DNA of 64,000 nucleotides from Phoronis australis (lineage: Eukaryota > Animalia > Phoronida), in contig NMRA01000105.1 of NCBI GenBank assembly GCA_002633005.1, positions 310,001 through 374,000 of the forward strand. Reading direction: 5' to 3'. Numbering within the stretch: position 1 is the first letter of the stretch; each line of letters starts with the position of its first letter. Below the pieces are notes generated by a model. It searched no databases, was not told where the DNA came from, and saw only the letters and a list, made by a program, of their open reading frames with translations. Positions 54,501 through 64,000 of the stretch are shown piece after piece. Position numbers and translations under genes: made by a program.

Positions 54501-57392
54501 AGTTGGGGATATAACCACAACCAAACAGTCAAAAAATATAAACTGAGCAAAAGTTGGAAAATTGACCAGTATGTTGTTGAAGCTCAATTCCAATGTATAC
54601 CTAAACAATTGGTTACAGGAGTTCTTCACTTCCAAATTGTAAATAGGTAAAAGGAAAGAGATAGACGAAATTTGCACACAAGCGTAGCTGAGAGAAGCTG
54701 GAACGAAGTGCTGCCAACACCAACCAAAGTCAGCTCGAAAATGAAATAATTTTCTTTTGTTAACATTTGTTACTAGTCGATAAACAAATCAGGCGTCAAC
54801 AAAATTACATGGTGTTGGCAGCTTTAGGAATGCGGGAAGTCACTCAATAGAACAGAAACTGGGAAGATGGCTGGTCGCAAGTCACGTGACCAGCCTAAGC
54901 GCTGCCACCTGCAGGCAATAACAAGAACCGAGTCAATAAATGCAGTACCCACCTTCTGCAGAACGAGCGTGGAATGAACGTAAAACGTGGATTAGTTAGC
55001 TGTTACAGCGAGTGTGAATTATTTGAAACCGTTCGCACAGGGGTTAAAAAAAAAGCTAACTGGGATGTGAAATAAAGTTAAGATAACCTGTCAATACGTT
55101 CATGGGTGGTGAACAAGGAATAATCACAAATACCTACTAGAAGGAAAACAATTTATTTTTAAAACTGAATTCTTAGATTTCACGACAGAAAAAGGGCCAG
55201 GGTAAAGGTGACAGATTTGAAATAATACTTTATCAGAAAAGTTACATACAACCTAAAAGCAAAAAAATTCTAGGACAGTTACTATGGTAACAACTACAAC
55301 GCAGAGAATTACATTAGTATGCGCATGGTTTAATGAGGGCAAGTTAAAAGCAAAGTTAAAGCCACAGTCTGTTTTATAAATCAAACTGGCATTACTTATT
55401 TCCCACAAGGGGAGAGTTTAAGAAGCGATGGTGGTTGATCACAAGGTGACTCTTATCGCCACCTATCTGTACCAGGAGGTACTTTTTCTTTGCAGCAGGT
55501 GGCGTAGCGAAACATTGGACTTTGTGAAAAGACTATGGGTGTGATGATTAATCGCAATTTAATTGAGCGACTAATTTCGATATCCATACATCAAAGCCCA
55601 TTTTGATTCGATTCTTGGTTCCAATTTGGTGTATCGCCAAGTTACTTCTTATTTATACCTACTGAAAAGTATGTTTCAGACAATGAACAAATTAACAGCT
55701 CAGTGTCATTCATTAGTTGGAACCTTGTCATATTTCACAACTTTGTTGTTAAAATGGTATGAGTGAGATGTTAACTAACTACTTATATCTGAGACAAACA
55801 AAAGTTGAATTGAAAATAATCGAATTCCTCTGAAAAAAATCCAATCAAATTGATAAAAAACGTGTACCATGTTGACCCTAGAAAAGACCCTTTGACAGTG
55901 TATGTGATTAGACATTATGAGTTTCAAACAAATTGCCTTCTCATCCTATAGAGGCCGCCAGTATCTGGTCCCACGTGATCAGTGGCCACAATGGCACGTG
56001 AAAGTCTTTCATAACAAAATGTACAAAATGAAGTCCACTGCATCTGTGTGAAGATTTGCCAGTTCAAACATAATACTCTCAATACGTCTGATTTGCCGAT
56101 TTGGTGTTACGAAGCTTTAACACTGACCAACTTGTATCTGAAATCTCCATAACTCTGGGTTGGAGTATTTCGTACAAGTTGGATGGTTAGCGGCTAAGGC
56201 TAAGGCACTTCCAGTTACAAGAAAGGACAAAACAACATGAGTGAAAGTGCACGCTCGATATCCATCCCGTTTCAGAAGAAAGGCATGGACCACTGGTGTG
56301 AAAAGTGTTGCAACGGTGGCTCTGCCGAACCACTTGGATTGAGTCTGATTTGCAGACTATTCGCGAGTCCGTTTCAAACAGAATAAATCCTGTCCTTTCC
56401 TGTCAGCAATATTACAACTAATTCTACACTAGTACAGAACTACAATCTGTGCCAAACTTTCAAACTACTTATAGACGCCGGGAGATGACCAAGACTCCGT
56501 TTTACACACAAACCCTATCTACTTACCGTCTGCCGATCATCCTTGATCTGGGTCATGTTGGGTGACACAAATGTGATCTCCGTGCATCTCTTGTTGTTGT
56601 ACGGCAACCAGTGCTTTTGGAGGTCAGAATTCACGCAGGAACCATGGGTAGAACATCTAGAAGTGAAGGACACACAAGTGATGATATGGTCTTGCACACC
56701 TAGGGCCTTTGCCACATACTTCCAACTGGTCAGAACGCAATGATGACAACTGAGTTTGTAGGCAGCAAACTACGGAATGTCTATGCATGAAATGAACTTT
56801 TTTGAGACTAGCAGAGGTATCTGGTTAGCTTAGGTAGACGATACAAGGAGTGAGCAGTTGTACGAGACCAATCATTACTGTTCTAGAAGAACTCAACATC
56901 AATATGGCTACCACACTTCAAACTAAGTGTAACAACTTAAGTAAACGACAAGTTTCAACAGTGGCTTTGAAACATGTGTGCAGGCAAACAGACTTGGCAA
57001 CCTGCCAAGCAATAATTATGCATAAGTGGCAGTACGAAAATTACAAACATGCTATAATTAAATTTTGTAAAACAATTTTGTGAATAAGCTTTGTCATTCC
57101 AACACAAACTGTAATCCTGATTAACTAAACACCACAAATTAGTTGTAGTTGTTAACTCCGCAGGTCAGCTTCACCAACAACTGCACACTATTTATTTCAT
57201 TTGTTCACTATTGCAATAGTCCCAGTTCACCCCGTTGACTAGATGTTGTCCCAACCACAGCCGGAACGTACACAATACGGATACTCACTTGGACTCCAGG
57301 GTACACCAGCCACAGTAGGGGTCAGGTGAGTTGATGATACAGTTTAAACACCCCTTGTTCTTCTCACACTCCTCCACTTTTATACGGGTTAC
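27489..57392 (-). CDS. PlexB: Plexin, most like invertebrate plexin-B; 27 exons in window (1416 aa: PSI x3, IPT/TIG repeats, TM, split GAP plus RBD); Sema domain beyond 64000
   Basis: All 27 exons are GT-AG with compatible phases (4251 nt). PSI motifs [21 protein letters not shown] and CGWC; [25 protein letters not shown]; GAP motifs KLLLRRT and NSLPLRFW. The second PSI region resembles arthropod PlexB from memory, so the subtype is less certain than the family. Confidence 0.92.
28437..28511 (-). CDS. PlexB: Plexin exon ([25 protein letters not shown])
   Basis: tcag| ... |gtaag; 75 nt. Confidence 0.92.
29602..29677 (-). CDS. PlexB: Plexin exon ([25 protein letters not shown])
   Basis: gcag| ... 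|gtaag; 76 nt. Confidence 0.92.
30051..30263 (-). CDS. PlexB: Plexin GAP exon ([13 protein letters not shown]...KKWVE)
   Basis: gcag| ... |gtaag; 213 nt. Confidence 0.93.
30585..30754 (-). CDS. PlexB: Plexin GAP exon ([11 protein letters not shown]...HTWKSN)
   Basis: tcag| ... |gtcag; 170 nt. Confidence 0.93.
32138..32230 (-). CDS. PlexB: Plexin exon (VKPQD...[15 protein letters not shown])
   Basis: tcag| ... |gtacc; 93 nt. Confidence 0.93.
32996..33187 (-). CDS. PlexB: Plexin exon ([10 protein letters not shown]...GSKLYHL)
   Basis: acag| ... |gtaag; 192 nt. Confidence 0.9.
33340..33755 (-). repeat. 51-63-bp tandem repeat of a plexin exon end plus donor site (~7 copies)
   Basis: Repeated caatacactacagcattatggg|gtaagg / gtaatg on the minus strand. 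Confidence 0.92.
33727..33836 (-). CDS. PlexB: Plexin RBD exon ([16 protein letters not shown]...VNTLQHYG)
   Basis: ttag| ... |gtaag; 110 nt. Confidence 0.92.
34400..34559 (-). CDS. PlexB: Plexin RBD exon ([22 protein letters not shown]...)
   Basis: acag| ... |gtagg; 160 nt. Confidence 0.93.
34568..34662. repeat. Degenerate 21-bp tandem repeat abutting a plexin acceptor
   Basis: ggagtgggagtggYcagagYa, ~4-5 copies. Confidence 0.7.
34904..35741. mobile_element. PIF/Harbinger-like non-autonomous element in a plexin intron
   Basis: TIR GGGCTGTTCCAG(C/T)AAAATC..TGGG; 3-bp TTA on both sides. Confidence 0.75.
35932..36078 (-). CDS. PlexB: Plexin exon ([11 protein letters not shown]...[20 protein letters not shown]...)
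   Basis: tcag| ... |gtaag; 147 nt. Confidence 0.93.
36047..36345 (-). repeat. ~48-bp tandem repeat of a plexin acceptor plus exon start (~6 copies)
   Basis: Repeated atttattcccYYag|RagtgYRctggtgaacY...ttcatcttgttc on the minus strand. Confidence 0.9.
36667..36811 (-). CDS. PlexB: Plexin GAP exon ([20 protein letters not shown]...)
   Basis: gcag| ... |gtcag; 145 nt. Confidence 0.93.
37652..37842 (-). CDS. PlexB: Plexin GAP exon ([16 protein letters not shown]...DRVNVASL...)
   Basis: ttag| ... |gtgag; 191 nt. Confidence 0.93.
38078..38580. mobile_element. hAT-like MITE with 6-bp TSD in a plexin intron
   Basis: CAGGGCTTGGAAT / ATTCCATGCCCTG; TSD AAAAAT; subterminal cgcggaaa repeats. Confidence 0.75.
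38808..38959 (-). CDS. PlexB: Plexin exon (AFAELQTD...[15 protein letters not shown]...)
   Basis: tcag| ... |gtaag; 152 nt. Confidence 0.93.
39612..39855 (-). CDS. PlexB: Plexin exon with TM and juxtamembrane helix
   Basis: ttag| ... |gtgag; 244 nt; ...YKRKSRQ...VAKECKE. Confidence 0.93.
40386..40559 (-). CDS. PlexB: Plexin exon (GSNLSPTL...EYTVQ)
   Basis: tcag| ... |gtaag; 174 nt. Confidence 0.88.
40569..40727. repeat. 50-bp tandem repeat x3 abutting a plexin acceptor
   Basis: aaattgtcagtgcatgatacagagatgagcaacaYRtctcaagtgtacac. Confidence 0.93.
41033..41260 (-). CDS. PlexB: Plexin exon ([15 protein letters not shown]...SLKIE)
   Basis: acag| ... |gtaat; 228 nt. Confidence 0.88.
42323..42416 (-). 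CDS. PlexB: Plexin exon ([20 protein letters not shown]...)
   Basis: gtag| ... |gtttg; 94 nt. Confidence 0.85.
43176..43346 (-). CDS. PlexB: Plexin exon, IPT ([10 protein letters not shown]...YKPNPNITS...)
   Basis: ttag| ... |gtaag; 171 nt. Confidence 0.88.
45167..45409 (-). CDS. PlexB: Plexin exon, IPT (IVCETG...[12 protein letters not shown]...)
   Basis: acag| ... |gtatg; 243 nt. Confidence 0.92.
46074..46219 (-). CDS. PlexB: Plexin exon, IPT ([18 protein letters not shown]...)
   Basis: gcag| ... |gtaag; 146 nt. Confidence 0.92.
46706..47104 (-). CDS. PlexB: Plexin exon with PSI3 (NIQQTFFC...CPNPQITS)
   Basis: tcag| ... |gtgag; 399 nt. Confidence 0.92.
49200..49272. repeat. Dispersed repeat fragment; inverted copy at 61081-61150, partial copy at ~8975-9001
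   Basis: ttttgagaaccggttttctccactgaataacaggcatc versus gatgcccgttattcagtggagaaaaccggttctcaaaa. Confidence 0.7.
49425..49727. repeat. Degenerate ~28-31-bp tandem repeat with a tgcaYtgtgggtaa core
   Basis: About 9-10 copies of the core at regular spacing. Confidence 0.75.
50688..50810 (-). CDS. PlexB: Plexin exon ([16 protein letters not shown]...AENLL)
   Basis: acag| ... |gtatg; 123 nt. Confidence 0.88.
51470..51581 (-). CDS. PlexB: Plexin exon, PSI2 ([14 protein letters not shown]...ITGMK)
   Basis: tcag| ... |gtgag; 112 nt. Confidence 0.9.
51953..52043 (-). CDS. PlexB: Plexin exon ([10 protein letters not shown]...FFDCSRHS)
   Basis: acag| ... |gtaag; 91 nt. Confidence 0.88.
52660..52985. 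repeat. 19-bp minisatellite (~16 copies) starting ~25 bp from a plexin donor
   Basis: Unit aactaaccagtgacttggc. Confidence 0.95.
53009..53180 (-). CDS. PlexB: Plexin exon (LNINIQNLP...DIPTGM)
   Basis: acag| ... |gtgag; 172 nt. Confidence 0.88.
56527..56656 (-). CDS. PlexB: Plexin exon ([10 protein letters not shown]...DDRQT)
   Basis: ctag| ... |gtaag; 130 nt. Confidence 0.88.
57289..57392 (-). CDS. PlexB: Plexin exon, PSI1 ([11 protein letters not shown]...[12 protein letters not shown])
   Basis: ctag| ... |gtgag; 104 nt. Confidence 0.88.
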
Positions 57393-60300
57393 CTAGACAA
57401 CCAAAAATGTACAACTGATTTAAAATGAACGACACTGAGCAGATTGGTAATGACCATTTCATTTTCATCAATAGTAACTTGTCTAATTAAACCAATATCA
57501 GAACCTTGACTGTTCTACACCCAATGTTCTCACGATGAAACTATCGTGTATAGCGCTGGTGCTTAAATTATATTTGTGAACAATTAGACAATACTTAAGT
57601 AATAATTTTGATAAAATTGTAACATACAGACTGCAGTGACCACTGGACTGAAAAATCTGACATTGTTATCCCAACATTTCACAGGTTGAGTTCACCTAAA
57701 GCACAATTAGTAATACATCAAATCACAAAATGAGCAAGGGGCTTAAAATTTGAGCGCCTGGTGTTATCGTGACATTTATCCCAATCGCTCGGTCTCGCCC
57801 CCTTGTGGTATATGTCAACGACATGCATCTGCCATTGTTTCTGACTGGCATCATTGCATACACCATAATACATTAGCTGATAATTACTTGGAGCCATTAC
57901 AACTAGCTCTCACCATTCAACAATTCAAACAGGTCACATTTGTGCAGCGCGTGCATTTCACAGCGAACACACAAAAAGTACAATTTTTTTGTTCAAAATG
58001 AACAATCGCTTGTGTCGCATACTATTTCAACAGCTGAGAGGCAAAATCAAACAGGTCTTGACAACCTGTTAAAACAGATCACTGAGCCAATACCAATGAA
58101 CAAAGACAAAAACAGGATGTACAGTACTCAAGTCATACGCATTTGATACTTCACTCAGGAGGCCATGGTTTGAACACAGAGATTATGGTAAGCAGGAGTC
58201 AAGTGAACAAGTCTTCAAATACATATCATGTTGTCAATATAAGTTCTATTTACTTAGGATACTACAGTGTCAAATGCGATAGCCACTAATCAAATTAGAA
58301 TGCTCCAAAACAGCAGATAAGAACTTACATCATCAATACACAGAACATGAGTGGAGGATGATATTGAGAAGGAAGCTCCACGTTAATAGATCCAATATTC
58401 AGTTTAATTTAGTTTCACATTTTGCCCCAAAAGGAAATTGGCTGGAGGAAATGTATCCTAGCTTAGAAGAGGAATCCAGTAAGGCATCAAACAGTACAGT
58501 ATTCAATTGATGGGCAACCAATAAAATCGAGTATCGGATTTCATTTACCAGTCATTTACCAATGTAATCCATCCATGGGTTAAGTAGCAATGATGCATGA
58601 GGAACAATTGATTGACTTTCAGAGAAAGTATTATTGATTTTGGCACTGCCTTTGTGCTAGTGTGTTGAGACCCAGGCAAGTCAAGTAGGGCCCAGGACAA
58701 AAGGAGATGGACACACAACAGGGCGCGCTACTTGTGCGATGACCAGACATTAAACAACTGATAGTTCACTCTACAGGTTCTGTATCCAGTTTGCAGGAGG
58801 CCAGATATAATGCTTAACCCAATACAATACTAGGCGACATGACAAATCTGCTTTCAGGTTGAAACAACAAAATACTGTCAATTAATGTAACGACCTTGTG
58901 ACTAGTAAACAATGTATGTAAACAGTTGAAAGAAGCTGAAGTCCAGTACACGCCAAACTAAAGAAAACTACGAGAATAAATATTCACTGAAACTGTTCAA
59001 CAACATGCAATTAAAATTGTTTTGCAAGAGCCTAATTTGAATGAATTCTCAACCATTTTTTTAAATGGTCTGTTGTGTCGATACACCTATAGTCTGACTA
59101 GAGGCAAGTGCAATTGATTTTGCGACCAAAAACGTGACTCAAAGCCAGCTTACACTACACAGCGTAATTACATAAAACCTGTCAGTTCAGCGCAAAGTCG
59201 GATGCTGGAAATCAATAGCCGTACACAACCATCTCTTTCAAAATTAGGTGTTATTACCAGAAGATCAATTCTGATCTGTCGATCAAATCTTGGTGAGTGA
59301 AACAGGATAAACTGTTCGAGGAGAAATCAAAACAACCAACACACAAATAGGTGATGACCAAGGACTTACAGAGCCCGGAGCATGACAAGGTTCTCACTAC
59401 TAAGGTTTTGTAGAGCCTTAATTGGCTGATCGGATTCATACAAAATTTCCACGTACTGTGCTTTACCATATGCACTGTTGAACAAAATACTGTTAGAAAT
59501 TGTTCCTTAAAACGTTCCACTTTCATGATTTTTGTGAAAAAATTCAAAAGATGCATAAAACGAAAATAAAAAGACGTTTTTTTAGAAAACTGGAACAAAC
59601 TGAATGCAATAAGATTTCATATTGAATACTTTTATCAAATGAAATTTGCCCATGTTGTTGATACCATTGTTTTGCTGTGAATGTACATTTCTCTTTTGCT
59701 GAATTTTATTACTAAAGACACGGTCGCATGATTCAATTGAAGACAGATTGTTATAAAAGTTAAAAATCAAAGCGTACATGATTTCTAACTTCAGAGAACG
59801 TATATTTTTACAGAGCTAAAAATTTGTACAATTTTCCAACGATTACGCTAAATGAACAGATTTGTTGTTGAGTTCCTACAAAACCTTAAGCAAGCTCCAA
59901 TTTGGCCCACAATGCATCACGCCAAAACAATAATTAATCTATCTAACCAAATAACTTTAAGCCAAGGGCGGAAAATACAAAAGTTACAACTAAAAATATG
60001 TTTTATTAAGCTTTACTTTTAACTAACGAGCATAATCAATCTATTCTAACAAAATAACTTATAAAAAACGACAGAAAATACAAACGTTCTTTACTGTTTA
60101 ACTATAAAAACTACAAATGTATCTAAAGATCTAAACATTTGAACAATTTCCCTCACGCATTCTACAAATCAAATTTCCCAGCAATTTTTCATTACCGTTC
60201 ACATGAAGCTAGATAATGCTGTCTGGCTAAGCTGTTGTCAACAGTATGTTAAAAATCCCAACATTTGTCGCCAATATGGTAAAAAATTTAGCATAAAAAC

Positions 60301-61492
60301 AGCCAGCGGATATCACAAATTCAGTCAATACAGAAAAACTCAGGTGCAGCAGCAGCTGGTGTTGCCAGCTGGGTATGGTAACAGAAATTTGATGCCATTA
60401 AAATGTAAGGAGTTGGTTAAGTATTTCAGCTCTCCAGGAAATTATGTGGATTTGATGAAAACCTGACCTGAAACTACTGACTTTTTATTATTGGAAACAT
60501 GCGCAGAACTAGTGAAATGCTCACTGCTACCAACAAGGAAGACTAGTAACATACGTTGTCATTTGTTCCGCCAGTAAAAATTCTTGAAATTCCACAATTT
60601 AGTGGGTATAAGTTTAAAAAGCCCCAAAGGTCCTTAATTACACAAAGCTAAATACCAAATCACTCAAACATAAATTATTCATTATCAGAAGCTAATGACA
60701 TAACACTGGGTAGCTTAATTAAGTAGAGATCGTCTCAATAATCAAATTTGGTTGAAATGTCAAGATACAAGACCCAAACTTCTGCAGCTTGATCCATAAC
60801 TAGTACATAATATTCAGCCCACCAGCCCATTCATAAACCACATCGCCATGCCAACAGTACAATCCTGTGTCTAACCTGCATTCCAACACCTTAGCTTAGT
60901 GATTGTTTTATCAAAAACAGTCTGCCTGGGGTGAGATTCACAGCAAGCGCAGATTCTGCATTCCTGTAATCTCAGGTTCCAATTGTACATCATCTGCCAG
61001 CTCCATCTAGTGTTCGGTCATAAGACAAACTTATTTGGCAAGAGTCAGATATAATGTGCCCATATTTTGAGAAGCAGTTTGATGCCCGTTATTCAGTGGA
61101 GAAAACCGGTTCTCAAAATTCCGTCACCTTATATCCAACCATTACCAACTTATTTCCAGCTAAACTACTTTTGTAGTGCAAACCACAACAATAGGCCTGT
61201 CTTCAAATGAACTCTCCTTTTTGGGGAGGTAGAAAAATGCAGTACACGACTGACCTACTTCTTTCAAAATGTCAAATACTCATGAGTGAGCTAACAATGA
61301 CATAAAATACATTTCTCATCTGGCAGTAATATTTGTTCTTTTTTTTGACAATTTCTTGGTATCAGAATAGCAACTCACAGTGCAATAATACAAGTTCATC
61401 AGTATTGCAATCCTGAATTATAAAAAAATCAAGATATGATATTGTGACTAGTACGTTTGCACGTGAAGAAGTAGGACAAGTGCTTGACACAC

Positions 61493-61790
61493 GTGTTGCA
61501 CTGTGGGTAAATATAATAAAATGAAAATGATGCTGTTATTTCAGGGCGGGCCTAAAATACACTATAATGGACGGTACAAGACGAAACCAATTTTATTCAA
61601 AAGATTTTGTTGTGACACAAAAGATCACCTAGGCATTGTGTTGCATTATGGGTAAATGTATCAAAATGAGAGTGATGCAGTGTCATTTTCAGGACATGCC
61701 TATGATACACTATATTGCTTTGTACAAGACAAAACCAATTTTATACGTAAGTTTCTGTTTTGACACCGAAGATCACCGGAGGCACTGCAT
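61493..61790. repeat. ~145-bp diverged tandem duplication
   Basis: gtgttgcaYtRtgggtaaat...gtacaagacRaaaccaatttta...aagatcacc..ggca x2. Confidence 0.8.
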
Positions 61791-64000
61791 CGCATTCCTC
61801 AAATTTCTTCCCTCACTAAGGACACTTCTCCCTCAACTTGGGCCAACTGCTACTGTTATCTTGGTCACAAGGAATTGGTGTGCCTGCTAACACATTAGTC
61901 ATATCAGGAAGGCACTACAAGAAATGATCAAGGGCAAAACAACCATTTCTTGGTATTCTTTCAAAAGCAATAAATTCAGATCGAAAATTGTACAAGACAA
62001 TACCGCCAGGGGTGAAATTGATGTTTTGTCATCGAGAGAGCAACTTTTCTCAACAAGCCATTCCCCTAACCAACAACACTCAACAGGTCACCAACAATTT
62101 AGCAAGCAATTGTCACCTCCATGGCGGCTGCCTGATACGACACATTCTCCACTTCCCTTTGGAGAAAATACATGTTAAAGTGGACCACTTACCAAGCATT
62201 TCAAGTCACTCCAACTCTCATTAAACAATTACTCTGTTGTGGTTAGTAAACCACAGCAGACTGTGAAGCTTTGTGTAGGAAGGACTGAGTAGTTTAACAT
62301 TCAACTTCCACTGACCCCAGGCAGTAGTCTAGTGATTCCTATTATTCAACATTTAACACAAGAGAAAACACAGGGACCACAGAAGGAGTTGGATGCAGTG
62401 TGGAAGTGTACCCCCAGTGTGAACAATAAGCTATATATGTATATGTATATGTATATATATATCTAAAAGTATTAACCCAAATCTAAAATTTCTAAGCCTC
62501 GATAACACATTTTTCTCAGGTTTGATAACCCTAGTTATGTCACCTAACATTTTTCAAGGATTCATGAAGGCCATTAAAGCCAGCCAACTTTGATCCTTAT
62601 GTAACCCCCATAAGACACCATGTACCAGTAGACAAATATCCCTGCCACGGCCCATTAACCCCTCACCTGTTAAATTACCCCTCTTACTCTCCCCCACCTT
62701 CATTTGTCTGTCATCAACTGTGGCGACTCTATCCATTCCCAAGGAAACCCTTTGACTGAGGAATCTCCCAACATCAAATAATACACACCAGTGCCTTACC
62801 CATTTAGTTCTCATTTACATTCTTTGTATTCATCCATTATGTAATATTGCATAATACAACAGTAACCATGACTACTGACTGCCAACCATAAAGCCACCAA
62901 CTTGGCAAGAAGTCTTCTTACATGGGCCAATGAATTGTTTGAATAGTGGCTAAGAACATTCACACCAGCATGTGTGGTTCCCTTAGAACAATTTACTGTA
63001 AGAGATAAATTTTCTCAGCTGGCAAATCCATTTGACTTGTAACCTGAATAGCTGGGATTGCTACAACAATTTCATAATAACTAATGACATGTATTGTGCT
63101 ACCAATGTGCAGGCACCTCAATGTGTTTCCAAAAACTGACCAGAAAAATATGTAACCACCACAGACGCAAAAAGGAATACTTGAAATATTTTTAAAGAAA
63201 AGACTACCAGCTTACTTTTAGACCCTAAACTGTAACGCTTTGTGTGGCTTTCCAAATGATCAGTAAAACATGTCAGGCATCAATGTTCCACATATATTCG
63301 GACATGATGCTGAACCACATTTGATAAGGTCTGAGACATGTGTTTAGAGATCGTGAGCCATGTTTGAATCCGGGTCCAAGTTTTACATGACAAATGATCC
63401 AAACTGCGACATTATTTTTTTCATTTGCTATAAAATATAAATGAAATATTCAGCAAGTGTAAATACTACGTAACTATTAGTTAGTTTCTGGTAATCAACA
63501 AAAAGGAAGGATTGAATGTGAAAACTCCTGTGTAAATTTCCACTACATTTGAACTTTTGCTCATGTAGAAGAACCACGCAGGTATTTGATTTATATTTTC
63601 AACATACAGTACAAGCCATAAGTATTCAGACAAAATGACCCCAAAATTCCCCGTCAGCTGAGGGGAAGCCAAACAATCATCGTCAGGTTACCCTCTCTAA
63701 TGAGAATTAAGCGGAATAAACAGGAAAGTTATCAAGTTGGCTCAGCCATTCTGTAATTAGATTTTAGCTGCCTTAACAGTTATTACCATTCTTTTTTGCT
63801 GTTAACAGAATTAGATATCGTGATGGGGAAACGGTATTTTGTCTTATTGCATTTGTCTTGTGAGTGTAAACATGCATGCATTCTTATCGCTAGTAGCAAA
63901 TGCAAACCGGGACAAATTCTTGATTCACAAACAGCCATGTTCTGTAGTAGCAAAACGCAAGTAAAGTGAATGGCTGAAAGGTCCACTTTTGTTTGCACTT

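Noticed and set aside
57393-64000. Further plexin Sema exons or a nested gene
   Set aside because: I found no exon with plausible splice sites and Sema-like sequence. It is treated as a large intron, though a small exon could be missed.

Overview
This is AT-rich, intron-rich eukaryotic DNA from a bilaterian invertebrate (the taxon is inferred). Two spliced genes converge tail-to-tail. On the + strand lie the last 7 coding exons of a mitochondrial processing peptidase beta / UQCRC1-family gene (146-6268). On the - strand lie the last 27 coding exons of a plexin, most like invertebrate plexin-B (57392-27489); its Sema domain is beyond the window. All exon phases join into open reading frames. 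The ~21 kb between the genes holds two paralogous single-exon orphan ORFs (TM segment plus coiled coil), a nest of decayed DNA transposons (TIR elements with 5-bp TSDs, a Kolobok derivative inserted into another THAP gene, an ISL2EU-like THAP remnant) and an interleaved double palindrome. The most unusual recurring signals are three. (1) Tandem repeats copy real exon-intron junctions, creating arrays of decoy splice sites in both genes. (2) The orphan membrane microprotein pair. (3) Four unrelated intronic tandem repeats carry the same ZNF143/Staf-like motif. No CRISPR array, rRNA or intact tRNA is supported.
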